NCBI GenBank assembly: GCA_030704615.1
Contig: CM060732.1
Location: 44,702,001 to 44,766,000 of the forward strand
From: Takakia lepidozioides
Taxonomy: Eukaryota; Plantae; Bryophyta
DNA length: 64,000 nt
Direction: 5' to 3'
In this document: positions 12,501-25,714 of the stretch, piece after piece
Layout: each line of letters begins with the position of its first letter
Numbering within the stretch: the first letter of the stretch is position 1
Notes under the pieces: model-generated
Seen by the model: only the letters and a program-made list of their open reading frames with translations
Databases searched by the model: none
What the model was told of the DNA's origin: nothing
Position numbers and translations under genes: made by a program

Positions 12501-14545
12501 GTGGCTGAACGAGATGTGGTGTCGTGGAACGCGATGCTTGCAAGGTATGCACAGCAGGGGCACGGGATGGAGGCTTTGGAGACCTATGAACAAATGATGG
12601 GGGAAGTGGTGAAGCCCGACCACATCACGTCCGTGCGTTTGCAAGCCTGGCAGCCCTGGAAAAGGGCAAAGAGGTGCATGGTTGCATCACAAAAGCAGGA
12701 ATTGTACCAGATGTGATTCTGAACAATACCCTCGTGGACATGTATGCAAAATATGGGTGCATCGAGGATGCGGAGGGAGTGTTTGACAGTATGGCTGAAC
12801 GAGATTTGGTGTCGTGGAGTGCGATGATTGCAAGATATGCATAGCAAGGGTGCGGGATGGAGGCTTTGGAGACCTATGAGCAAATGATGGGGGAAGGGGT
12901 GAAGCCCAACCACATCACGTTTGTTTGCATTTGCAGTGCGTGTGCAAGCCTGGCTGCCCTGGAAAAAGGGAAAGAGGTCCATGGTGACTTCGTCAAAGCT
13001 GGAATTGTACCAGATGTCATCCTGAACACTGCCCTGGTGGACATGTATGCCAAATGTGGGTGCATTAAGGATGCGAAGGGAGTGAATTTCAACACTATGG
13101 CTGAACGAGATGTGGTGTCGTGGAACGTGATGCTTGCAGGGGTATGCACAGCAGGGGCGTGGGATGGAGGCTTTGGAGACCTATGAGCAAATGATGGGGG
13201 AAGGGGTGAAGCCCAACCACATCACGTTTGTGTGCGTTTGCAGTGCGTGTGCAAGCCTGGCAGCCCTGGAAAAGGGCAAAGAGGTGCATGGTTGCATCGC
13301 CAAAGCTGGAATTGTACCAGATGTGATTCTGAACAATACCCTCGTAGACATGTATGCCAAATGTGGGAGCATTGAGGATGCGGAGGGAGTGTTCAACAGT
13401 ATGGCTGAGCAAAATTTGGTGTCATGGAAAGCCATGCTTGTACCAAATGTCATTCTAGACACTGCCCTGGTGGACATGTATGCCAAATGTGGGTGCATTG
13501 AGGATGCAAATGGAGTATTGGACAATGTGGCTGGCTTGAAGCCGGACAGTATCACCTTTATATGTGTTCTCTCTGCATGCAGCCACACTGGCCTACTGAA
13601 TGAAGGAAGACGCTACTTCGATTCCCTGAGTCAAGATCATGGTGTCACCTCGCCAGTAAAGCACTTTGGCTGCATGGTGGACCTTCTGGACGAGCAGGAC
13701 AAGTACATGAGGCAGTGGACCTGATTAATAAAATGCCAATCAATCCAGATGTTGTGGTGTGGACGGCCTTGCTTGGTGCCTGCAGAATCCATGGCAATGT
13801 GGAGATGGCTGAATGTGTGGCAACATTTATCCTCAAGTGGGATGAGCAGGATGCCGCGACTTATGTGTTGCTATATCAAACATCTATGCTGCAGCTGGCA
13901 GGTGGGATGATATTGCAAAGGTGAGAAGAATGATGAAGGTCAGAGGGGTTAGAAAGGAGCCAGATGACAAGTTGCATCCCAGAATTAAGGAAATCCATGC
14001 TGAGCTGAGAAGATTGTCTGGGCAGATGAAGGAGGCGGGGTATGTGCCTGACACATGTTTTTTTATTGCATGATGTGGAGGAAAGGAATTTTCTCTTTGC
14101 CACCAAGCTGACCATTGGTTTTGGGCTGATCAGCACGACCCTTATGACGCCTCTCCGTCTCATCAAGAATCTTCGAGTGTGTGGTGACTGCCACACCTCC
14201 ACCAAATTCATCTCAAAGATTGTTGGCCGAGCAATTTTTGTATGGGACGCTAACCGCTTTCACCACTTTGAAGATGGGATTTGTTCTGGAGTGCGATGAC
14301 TGTAGGATATGCTCAGCATGGGTTTGGTAAGGAAGCTTTTGAGATCTATGAGCAAATGCTACAGGCAGGGGTGACCCTTGATTTGGTCACCTTCATTTGC
14401 ATTCTCAATGCATGTGCCCTGGAAAAGGGCAAAAGGGTTCATGCTGACATTATCAAAACTGGAACTGGGTCATATATTAATTTGGAGAATACTTAGTGAA
14501 CATGTATGCTAAATGCGGGAGCCTGAAGGATGCGTGCCAAGTGCT
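9580..14545 (+). pseudogene. Tandem array of PLS-E-DYW PPR pseudogene segments containing two truncated DYW domains
   Basis: Numerous P/L/S motifs in broken frames. DYW 1 at ~11670-11929 ([20 protein letters not shown]...[41 protein letters not shown]); DYW 2 at ~14040-14289 lacks HSE. Both lack the terminal CGDYW. Confidence 0.93.
11291..11610 (+). repeat. Near-exact 160 bp tandem duplication inside the E2/E+ region
   Basis: aaacatctatgccgcagctggcagg...gttgcatcccag starts at both 11291 and 11451. Confidence 0.9.
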
Positions 14546-14549
14546 GATG

Positions 14550-14944
14550 AGACTAAGAGAGGCCTAATGAGGGCTTGGGTTTCTCGATTTTTTTTTCATT
14601 TCCTTATTTCGGGAGGGCGATCAGTGCAGCTACATGGGGTGGTTATTTGATGTGATGTCTGATGCTTGGGGAGGGACGCGAGGAGGGAGGGAGGGAGGGG
14701 GAGGGGGAGGGGTGTCTGCATACCGGCAGAAAAGGGGGTTCAAATCCCCCTCACTTCTTGGGCATAGATAGGGGTATGCCTATGTTATACTTTTGCATTG
14801 TTCCTCATGTTTTCTGCATAGTATATATTTCCAATTATCAAAATAATCACTGTATGCGCGGGGATGACACGCCCCTTTTTGTGCCAATTGAACGTAGTTC
14901 TCAAAATTCGTCGCTAGTAGTGCGGAGCAACGCGAAGCCCTAGT
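14550..14944 (+). mobile_element. Helitron-like 3' end (copy 2)
   Basis: 14848-14944 is nearly identical to 6797-6890 and ends ...gcaacgcgaagccCTAG|T. Confidence 0.55.
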
Positions 14945-16334
14945 GTAGTTACAACAATACACGCAATTCATGTGATCAAAGGTGACAACGAGCATGTAGG
15001 CTGGTGGTAATGGGCACATACCATGTTGGGATGTGGTTGTGGGTTCAAACCACCGTCTGGTGTGTCATGAAGGTGTCCACCTTCCTGTTGGAAGGTGGTA
15101 GCCCTTCGGGGTCAAGTGACACCATAAGTTACTGTCCCTTCCGGAGGTGTCATATATATGATCAAAGGTTCGTAAAACATATATTATTTTTTTCAATTTC
15201 CTTAGCCCATAAATGTCCGGGAAGTAGTTGACTTTCAGGGAATGAATGGACCCCCTCCTGCCTAAATGGGTGTAATTTACAATTTTGAAAACTTGACCGG
15301 ACAATCTGTGCCCACCTATCCTCCGCATGCAAAATTGTCGGGCCAATAGGACCCATCTGCAAAAATGCAACCGATTCATCAAGTTGGAATAATCGCTTGC
15401 CACAGTTCTAGGACACAAGAAGCAACTCGTCACAACTCTGATATCCCTTATTAGAAAGCTCCGCGGCACACAAGCCTAACGCTAGTGACCTCCATGCTTC
15501 CAAAGGTCCTAGCACAAGGCCCTTGGCATTCTTGCCCTAGAAGCTCGGTCAACAGGCAAATATGACCTGTGAGAATGGTGCCGTCATTCAATGGGCACAG
15601 GTGAGCATGTAAAGTGCCTGTTAGGCCACCAAAGGCAAGCTTACTATTTGCAAAAGTTTTGCTGAACCTTGCCTTGTGAAAAAACTGTCCTATGCTAAAA
15701 CCAGGAGGGACCTGCATCAACTCCACCTTCTACAACTAAACCTGCACCAGACAATTGCTCGAGAGGGAAGGAGGTAAAACCTCTCCTGGTGCTGGGGGAC
15801 CAAGAGCACTATCCAAGAAGGGCTGAAAGGACCAATCCAAACCAAACAGTAAATAGTAAATAGTAACTAAGGAGGGAGACAGTCCAACTGTAATGAGGTA
15901 AGAAAGCTGATGAGGAACAGGGCTGTAAAGAGGTAGGCGTGCAAAAGAGGGCCAGAAAGATCTATTTGATCCCAGCTACTACCACTGTCTTGTTCAGCAT
16001 GGATAAATGCATCATTGCCACTTTCTCGGGGGTCAAAATACATCTGCATAAACTGCATTTGTAATCTGCATGAGTATGATAGCGGGTCATGCTCCTTTCT
16101 AATTTCTGGAAATTCAAAAACTGTCTTTAGATAGTACACTACACCTACATGTCAACTTCCCAACATCCTAACTTCCCAATTATTTCCTGGTTATGTTTAC
16201 AATATTACTGGGACTGTTGGAATCTTCCACTTTACAGTTTAGTAGCCTTGCGCACACATTTTACCATTAGCCATTGGCTCACTATATGTGACAGCCTGTG
16301 TAAAGAAGATGCGCCATAGCTGCTGACCAAACTT

Positions 16335-19091
16335 TCAGGCTGGTGCCTGGAATCCAATGACACCTGCAGTCAAAATAGAGCTGTAAGTCTGTATAAAGAA
16401 CTCCTAGTTGCTTATCAAGTGCCTTGTGACTAACATCCTGTTTCATGAAGGTTTCCACGGCTCTATCATTGTCTCGGAAGATATTCCTCAGTCTTGTTAC
16501 TATGCAGTCGACATACTCTTGCTACCCTTTCCACTGTCTCTCATCGTCGAGAAATTAGATTCACATCTAATGCCAAAGCAACAAACTTCTAGCTAGAATT
16601 GGATTATTGCTTAGGTTCAAACACATCGGCCAGAACAAAGCTCATGGCAACTTCTAAGTCAAAAGAGCACATCAATGAAATCAACACCGGTGAAAACAAC
16701 TGAGAACACTCACCACAAGCAATCCTGCCACCAACATTTCCTGTAGCCTTGCTCAGCTCATGGCCACTTGCAGCATTGTTAACAAAATCTGGAATCAATC
16801 TCATCAGGTCCACAAGGTCTGAACAGAAACCTTCTGTCTCCTTGTTGCTATCAAACCCCTTCCAAAGGACACAGGGGTAAGTATTTGATCAGGGAATGTT
16901 GGTATTCTGCAGCAAACATAAGGAAGGCTACATTGCAGCAGGCTGGAGGATGACACACTTGGTAAGGCCAAACCCGAAGAGACTGAAATTTTTTATTCAT
17001 TCCCCTTTTGGAACAACCTTGAAGCAGACCATGCAGGACATTGCAAGAAGCTTGCAATATCTAAATAATGGACTACTTCCAATCTTAAGCTCGCAAAACA
17101 GCGTGAAAACCCATTGCCTTGAAATTCAGACTTTGCCAACAATGCCCATCAGCTTCAATAGTTATTCAGATGATCAACCATAATGAACATATACGCAATG
17201 GATAGAGGTGACATACCCTTCCCGAGGTCATCAGGGTCAGCATGCAACACCACTGCACGGCCAATGGTGGAGTTCACCCCAGCCAGAGGAATCTACCGAC
17301 CAGGCAATCGAGACAACATCACATTCAACTCACCACGAGCAGCTCTGTTCAACTCTTCTAAGTGCCAGGGAGTGAGTAGTACTCAAAAAGAATCTGTCAG
17401 TTAAGGGTACATTCCACAATATTCCCTGGTTGCTAAGGAGCAAGAGTCTCTACAACAAATTGCACTTAGTTCGCCCCAACAAGAAACAAGCTTAACATGG
17501 CCAACCACGATGGAAGCACACCTAAATGCCACCTGCTACCTTTGATGGTACTTCTTACTGGTAGAAGTGGGCAAGGCTGTATGAGTATATGGTCGGATAC
17601 CCCGACAAATATCCCTAAACTCTGAACAAGTCTCTAACACAAGTCTTGGCAGAAAAACCAGGAACTGCTCAGAGCAATTCATGGCCCTGTACCTGCCATA
17701 ACTACTTATTGGAGAAAATCTTGAGTACATGAAGATAAGGCTTTTACAAAGCAATACCTGTGAGTCCTTCACACAGATGTTGGCAACACCTGCCCCACTT
17801 CCACAATCCCGCAACCAGGCTGGTGAACAACGACCATAAATCGTTCAACTACGAAAGCTAAATCAAACAGACTAAACTGCAGGGCTACTCACAAAAAACA
17901 GGATGGGGTATTGGGATATCTGTGCAACAAAATCTTTCTAGTCATCAACACTTTCTCAAGAACAAATGAAGTAGCATCGATTGGAGGATCATACTACAGG
18001 CATGAGACAGTGCCAGGAGCTGCTTGGCTCGGAAGTCTAAGTAGAAGAAGTTTTAAGCACTCTGCCTCTACTTGCGTAGCTTAAAGGTGTGAGGCGTGTG
18101 GCTGCACTGCCAGTCAGTGTTGAGGACAGAGGATAAAAGAAAGGACCTTCAAAACGTTGACGAAAAAGGATATTTTCTGTTTTAAGGAGAAAGAGAGAGA
18201 GGACAAGAGAGGGGAGATCTCACCATCATCTCCAGCAATAACGTTGCCAAGGTCTCCAGCATGACGGATTGCATCCTTGGGACCCCCATGCTCATGATGA
18301 TTGGGATTGAAGTGTGCACCTGGTGCCACACACGTAGACCCTGGAACTATTCACATCACTCGCATGACTTTTAAACCTACCTACGATGCATTTCTATTGT
18401 GATGCTTGACTCATTGACAGGGAGCAGCACCTAACCGTGAAAATGCAAGGAAAACTAATGGGATTCATACCAGTGGAAAGACAGCCATTGGTGGTACCAC
18501 CAAGAGCATGGATGTGGAAGCCATGGTTGCCTTGCCTCAAACCACAAACTTTTCCCTCGATCACTGTAGGGCCTGCAATTTCAGCAATAAAAAATTGCAC
18601 TCACTCTTGTTCACCTGCAGCAACAGTCTCATTGGATTTCTTCCCAATTTGTAAAGCACCTAGAACAGATTTCAACTACATATGTAACCATCCATGGATT
18701 GGATCTAAAGTTTTGAAACAATAGAATACTGCATGAAGTGGCCAGTACATCCAACAACTTGATTCTGGGCACCTCTATCACATATTGTCACCATTGATCA
18801 AAGTGGTCTTGTCTCACTAAAACTTGAGAAAAATCACTTGTTCTCAATGGCATACTTATCTTGGAGAAAGGAACATTGGATTACTCTGTAATAGACAGCA
18901 CTTGAACATGATCAGACAATGACTATTAAAACTGTCGATTCCCCGACACAATTAAAGCTCTAGCTGCAGACATACTGGGAGACAAGAACCAAGATATGAT
19001 ATTAACCTTGCACGTCATCCTGTGAGAAAGTTACAACCCCACTTATTCCAGCAGTCCCTGTCAGCACTGCCACAGCCTTCAATGGTGCCAC
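16335..19091 (-). pseudogene. CSD: Cu/Zn superoxide dismutase, cytosolic type, 7 exons; probably recently inactivated
   Basis: Exons 19091-19007, 18572-18471, 18319-18224, 17789-17758, 17292-17217, 16767-16714 and 16363-16335 give (V)APLKAVAVL...HGFHIH...HFNP...RHAGDLGN...[40 protein letters not shown]. The expected ATG reads GTG, the exon 6 acceptor reads AA instead of AG, and conserved GDTTNG>GGTTNG and GNAG>GNVG are substituted. Confidence 0.88.
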
Positions 19092-21329
19092 TGGCACCTT
19101 CGATATGTGAGTCTTTCCCTTGGATCCTGTGGAGGCAATGTTGCTAAGAGTAAAAGAACAAGTAAATGAGAGGCAGAAGGAGGAGGAGGACTACCAGACA
19201 AGACAAATCTCAAGGGAACTTGTCCCTTAGTGACACCCACTGGAAGCATGGGGCCTCTGCTGGTTGGAATCTGGTGCCAAGGAACTCTTTAGGTTCTTAC
19301 CACCTGTGCCAGTAGACCAACCAAGCAAGTCTGCATGAGCACAAGTTTTGTGGCATGTTTTTCAAGCACCATGTTCTGGGTTTTGTTACCAGATTCTTCT
19401 TGCGGAGCGGGTACTACTCAGATCTCTAGTAACCTTTTGGAGGCAAACTTCTCTCTGTTTGACTCCATGAAATTAAGGCCTGATTCCTAGAGTGTTGTCA
19501 TTTAATGTTGTGTGCGTTTTTCATTTCTTTGCTAATATTCCCTGAGGTCTTGAATCTGTGACCGCCTTTCTATTGGGTTTTTCTTGATAGAGCCATACCA
19601 TTAGAACCTACACAACACTGTAATAGCTACCCAGAGCTCAATTGTGGAAAAATGGGCAATGAGGCTTTCCTGTGGATGGGGGGCTTCAAGTTTATTTGAT
19701 TCCAATCACATGTGATGGAGTTTGATAAGAATTTGTTCTCTTTGAATTCATAGCTGTCACATATTTCTACACGGATAGAGATTGAGACTTTTGTGATCCT
19801 CTGGGAGTGTAAACACTCATCAATGTAGTCAACTGCAGAGAAAATTTGCCTTCCCAGAAACCAATTTGCATTTTTAGGAACCCCCTGAGGATGGCCCTGC
19901 CCTTCCCATGAGCCCAGTAGTCCACCCCTGGATGCTACCAAACATCATCAATGTCACTAAACACCACATTGCAAAGCATTGTAGCTCAAACTACCCGGCC
20001 TCGATTTGAGAGCTGAGCATCGGTGCTATACAAGGGTTTACAGCACCAGAAATTTTCATTACATCAGGTATGCTTACAGCTTTTTGTCACGATCACAGTT
20101 CTACCATTACAAAACAGAGTCTGACTAGTTGTTGGTAATACAAGCAAATTTTATTCAAGGAGGAGTTTAGACTTGAACTATATCATCACTCCAGCAGAGA
20201 GCAATGGGAGCTCTCCTTGAGTCCTCTCCCTATCAATCGCGACCCTCCAATCCAGATAACCCATGCTACGAAACCTTAGAAGAATATTGGAAGGACTAAT
20301 AAAGAAGAACCGCAAAGACCAAATCGCATATCAGTGGTGTCCTTTGCCACCATGTTTGGCCTCCTCCTCAGCATGGCGCAGGTGCCGAATCTCCGTGGGC
20401 CAGCCAACGGCGTAAGAGAGAACCATCTTCGGCTGCCTTGCTCAGAACAAGCATACTAACAAAGACCTCCTCGCCTTCGATTGCAGGCTCTCGAGAACAC
20501 AGACAAGTTTGCTGACCCTTTCTAGCCACTTCCCTTTCCTCCTTTCCGTTTCTCTGTTCCATTCATGGGAACATGTTCTCGAGAAGTTTTCATTGTAGAC
20601 TGTTTCGAGAACTGTTTCTTTGTCTCTCTTTTCACAAAAACATGGGCTCATGTTGTGAAGAACAAACTGAGACCCATCAGTGCTGTCTTTGCAGGGATCA
20701 TGAGGAATACTGGATGGCAAAGGAAAATTTCCAGAACAAGACTCGGTAGCTCGAGTCTGAAGCAGAGGTCAAATTCGATACTCGATACTGCCATTCATAG
20801 GCCCCTGTCAGCGTCCTCTCTCTTTGGTTTTGGCAGGTCAATCGTATGCCATTGTCTCTCTACTCTTACCGTTACCAGTGTTGCTTGCTCTGTCTGGATA
20901 TAGGTTGCTTCGTTGCTTCAATGGGGATTAGGTGTTGGTAGTTGAGTTTCTCGAGTGCTAATTGCAGCTCCCTGATCTTTCTGTACTTCCACAATCCCTG
21001 ATCTTCATCTATTCAGCAGCATTTGTGTGTGTCACTTGTTCACTGCCTGACGTTTCTTCTGTTTGTTTATTCAACCCCAATGTCGATGTCCTGCACGTCT
21101 GTTTTCACATCTCCTTGCTATGACCGCCTCTGTGTATCCCCATCGTTCCTGCGAACGTTTGATATGACATACCTGGTTGGGGGGGTTGAGCCCACTGATA
21201 TACCACAGCCAGCAAGCAGGTTCGAAGGGAAAGGAGTATTATTCATACTAGTGAGCATCGATCGTGCAGAGTATGACGTTCATTAAACCACTGCTGCTAC
21301 AGCCTTCCAGTATCAGCACGGGACATAGA

Positions 21330-22150
21330 TAGAGAATGTACTCATAGACATTGTTTGTTAGCCTTGTGGCCATTGACCCCGCGCCCGGTTTGAGCGGAAC
21401 ACAAAGGGGCAGAACCTACGTTTGTCAAAGGCTGATGCCGTTAGTAAGACTTACCTTTGAATAAACAATTATTGATCTAGGTTTCCCAGCTATCCTCTAG
21501 AAATCCCTTTCCAGATGCGTCAACCTGCTGTATGTGGTTTGGGGCCCAAAAAGGGCCTGGGCTTTTGGCTCAGCATCAACTCTTTCAAAGTTGATAACCA
21601 GAGGTACAGGCACAATTCCCTTCGTAAACTTGAAGAGAGCATCTCTCTGGTGAGAGAACACAGAGAAAGAATCAGAAAATGAATATAGTCTTCAGGTTGC
21701 CCACACAATGGGCAATTGCAAGCTCCCTTTCCTCTCTGTGCAGTATCACAGAAACCAAGAGCAAGGAAAATAATGCTGCACAAGGACTGTCTCATACAGG
21801 GCTCTTTGGGTCCCCTGAAGGCCTCTGCCAGGGATCTCCGAGAAAATAGGGCACCAGAAGAAAACAGGATCTTCTGTCTCCACTTGTACCATTGGACAAG
21901 TCCTGTACTCGAGAGGAGACAATGTACATGAGACGTTGTTTGTTGTAGCCTTGTGGCCACAGACCCAGCACCCAGTGTGGGCAGAACAAGAGGGAACAGA
22001 CACTACCTTTGTGAAGGGCTCATTCCGGTAGTGGGATGGCTTACCTTGATATAAACAATTGGTTCAGGCTTTCAAGATATCCTCTAGAAAGCCCTCACAC
22101 AAATCTGCTGTCTGAGCTGCCCGGCAATTAGACCCCAACAGTGCCAGGGC
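21330..22150 (-). mobile_element. Two tandem LINE 3'-end fragments
   Basis: CPLCGQPEDYIHFL...C (LINE ORF2 C-terminal zinc-knuckle-like motif) at ~21730-21660, followed by a 3' segment that is repeated at 21915-22150 and 2450-2690. Confidence 0.65.
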
Positions 22151-24079
22151 TGTAGGCTCAGCCTCGGGATTTTCAGAGGGAGAGAGAGAATGAAATGAAA
22201 TGAAATGGTGCTTTATAACGTCCGCGGAAAGCTCGTAGAGCTTATGGGACAAAATGGAAGAAAACATGAGAGAGGAACAAATCCAGAAACCACAATTAAT
22301 GTTCTAGCGATTGTCTAAGGGTGAAGGCCTCGTGTAAGTAGGCTGCCACGCATTTTTGATCCTCATAGTGAAAGACATCAGTGAGAGTTTGGGTTCCACT
22401 GAATAAACAGTGAAATCTCCCACGGATCTCGTAGTATGTTGCTGTTGCTCTGACTGTCAATCCATCCACATCCCGGCAAAAGGGCCGTCTTCAAGTGGGA
22501 GTGAGTGTTGAAGCCTTCACATTCATTCATTCACACAAATTCATGCACACAACCTCCCCTTTTGTTTTTTTTCCCATTTCCTTCCCACCGGGCATTTTCT
22601 GAAACCAATCAGCAGACATTAGTGGGGTTCATCATCATACAACTTGCTACCCAACTTCCATCTGCCACTATGATTCACTGAGAAACCCCACAGTTCATCA
22701 TCTGATTTCTCAATTCATCACCCCTGCATAATTAACAGCCTACAACCAAGGACTATTTTCCCCCAACCTGGGCAGCTAGAGATATCACAACCACAGGGCA
22801 CACACAAAGCCACACGACAACCAGCATTATTCGTTCAGTTCCCTCTTAGTACCTACCCCTGTCTGCCCACCTAACCATTAGTACCAGAGTAACCCTAACC
22901 CTGTCTGCTGTCGGGTAATCTCTATCCCAAAATCAATCCAACATCCAAAACCCCCCCCAACCGGCCCGACACACATAAAACCCTGATGCCAAGGCACCTT
23001 TATATCCTGTGGTCTCTGTAACGCGTTGTCCACCTAGTAAGGTGCCACACCATCTTCACTCCATTCCACACAGCTTAGCTGGAAGTAACAAGGGTTTGTG
23101 ACTAATCATCTCTCTCACAGGTGGCAACCATAGTACTAAGAGGGAGAGACAAACCATTGCCCTCTGTGGTAATGAAGTATAATCTGCAAATTCGTTGACT
23201 GGATGCTGTAGCTACAATTCTTGATGTCTCAGATCATCATCACCTCAGAAATTCTTGACTTCTCTCACACTTCAGAGTATGATCATACCATTCCCTCATT
23301 AAAAGTTGCTGCTGCCTGACAATCTTTGTGCCAAAATGAGTGCATGTTTCTTGTGTCCCACACCGACCCCATGCTTGCGAACTGGTGGGGGTCAAATCCA
23401 ATCCTCACCACCAATTTCCAGAACATAAATGTTTCATCCACATGGAAATTACGTCTGGGATTTCATATCCCGTGACCTAAGAATGTTTTATTTTGCAGAT
23501 ACTGTACTGACACATATCTGCACAATCACTATAGCTCAGACCAAATGATTCTCCACTCAAACTTCAGTAGCAATGATTATCCGGGTGAGATCTGGACATA
23601 CATGGGTTCCTGAAGTAAGTGCCATCCAAGTGCCAAGCACGTTAGAATTCTCCTCCATGACCCCAGTAGATTCCATGTCACTTCCAGGCACGATTGATGT
23701 AATTAAGACCAACCGACTACATGCACCCAACGAATCCTCATATTCGCCAAGTTTAGAAGGCACAGTGTGAATTATTCCTCTCCAGATGAACACGTCATGA
23801 GTCTCAGGCTTGTTCACCTCTTTCCTTCTCAGATTCAACATCACACATCACCCGAGAATTCTGAATGACAAACTCAGAGTCATGTGCAAGAGCAACACAT
23901 ACAACCCCTAAATTCCACCGACCTTGACCCTCACTGCAATGGAAAGACCTTCCTGGATAGGGCTATGCACATGCACACCCGCAGATTGCCCCAACCATAT
24001 TGAATGCCACACTTGGGGCTGATGAGATTACTAAATCAGGTGGAATGGCGGGGTGTAAAGAGGGAAGTGGAGTGGTGGG

Positions 24080-24800
24080 AAGCACCTGCAAAGAAAGCTT
24101 TGGAAGGAGATGAACGACCTCGCGCGATGCATGCGGGCAAATAAATGTCCAACAAGCATTTCTTATCAGGTCGGCAAACCAGCCATAGCAATGCCACTCG
24201 GACAGCTGCTTCTAAGCAACAAAGTGTCCACCCTCAAGTTGGCTACAATGCACTGCACACACTTGTCACAGAACTCCATCCAACAAAAACACCCTGCGAC
24301 CAGTGCTGCCATCACATTATCTCCAATGAAAACTGGGCTCATACCATACATGTAGGAGAAGGCAATCTCCAGTCCCTCCGCGCTCACAGAAGGGTCATCA
24401 ATCTGCAGTTCGATTTGCAGCTTTCTGTACTCTGTCCAGGGGCCTGAGAGAAGTAAATGGAAGTACGAAGACTGCAAGAGTATAATCCGATAGAGCGGAT
24501 AGTCCTTCCCCATAAAATTTAAGGTTATGTCCGAGAACATATACCCCTGCAACCCCTGCTGCTGCACATGCTCGCAAAGTGCAACCCCCGCCTCCACCAC
24601 TGCACTTTTCCCCTCTCTCCCCCAACCCGCTTCAAGTCGCAGTGCAACCCAGAATCTCTCATCCCTCCCTCACCCGCAGCCCAGGTGTCACTCCCGTCGT
24701 CCCAGGGAAGAAGACACCTGCTGCACCTATCTCCTCCACAATGTGCAGCATCTGCTGGTCGCCAATAAATTTCTTCTTCCATGGGCTCTGGCATCTGCTT
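24080..24800 (-). pseudogene. BTB/POZ-domain protein (germ cell-less-like plant family), frameshifted
   Basis: ALCEHVQQQG...FSDITLNFMGKDYPLYRIILLQSSYFHLLLSGPWTE...DDPSVSAEGLEIAFSYMYG; after a frameshift near 24200 it continues YGWFADLIRNACWTFIC...LLPKLSLQ. Confidence 0.75.
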
Positions 24801-25714
24801 GCAAGCCAGGCCTCCTTCCTCAATATACCATAGTGTTATGCGCTTCTTACTCCAGTTCTTTGGATGGTTTATGGACAGGCGGCCTGCAATTGAAAGCTTC
24901 GTGATGGTTGCTGGACTTGCACAACACATCTACCATATCGGAACCACAGCTTCACTTCACCAACATTCAGCACAAGCAGAGCAGAGCAGGGCATACAAGA
25001 GCTTGGTCGTTGATTGCGACACCTAGAAAATGTACTCACGAGCCACAGACTCACATCAACTTCACTGCCTTGCAGTACAAGAAGACCCGCGAAGGACAAC
25101 AGCATGCATCAACCCCTACCTTACAGTAGCACTCTCTCTCTGCCTACTACGAATGAGCACCCCCAAATCACTCGCACTCACTAAAGCATCAATATTGGAC
25201 CAGCAAAGTACATGCCAGGGGGTGCAGGCTATTTGCAACTAAGTTGTGGCGTCTCTCCATCTCGCATTGCTTCTCCCCTCCCCTCCCTCCCCCTGCTGGT
25301 ACTACATAAATGGACCCATGGCACGTGGCTGGGCACAAGGACAGTGAGCAGCAAGGGACACCGATTCACGGCACTGCCAGGCAGCACAGATGGACCACAG
25401 GAGTGCTTGAGGAGGCTTGCTGGATTTTTGCTGGTCCTGTGCAGCATGTCTAGTAGTTCGACATGCTTCCAACCCCCAACCCCCTTGCTAAGCAGCTTGC
25501 ATCTCCACTTCCAGTTCTCTGTCTCCTCATGGGCTTGACCAACCTGCCCCAATTACAACGTGGACCAGATGCCAGGGCACATAGGCTGGATGCAGCCATG
25601 TATCTCCAACATCAATCTCTGTTATATACATTTCTCCCCCTGCTGTGCACCCCAATGGACAAATCACTCCACTACCAGGCAGTGTAGAATTGCGCTAAAA
25701 GTAAGACGGGTTCC

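Noticed and set aside
7185-13588. Many 100-200 aa minus-strand ORFs (MHPHLAYMSTRAV...) over the PPR arrays, and similar antisense ORFs at 38.7-44.8 kb
   Set aside because: Antisense shadows of repetitive PPR codons; no independent protein signal.
5815-14545. Regular repeats that might suggest a CRISPR-like array
   Set aside because: The repeats are protein-coding PPR motifs without unique spacers, in a eukaryotic context with no cas genes.
14950-16140. Several short AG...GT-bounded exon-like pieces on the minus strand
   Set aside because: They could not be assembled into a recognisable protein and contain stops in most frames.
20373-20426. VGWPTEIRHLRH on the minus strand resembles a CRIB motif
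   Set aside because: Short, isolated match with no flanking RopGAP/RIC sequence or exon structure.
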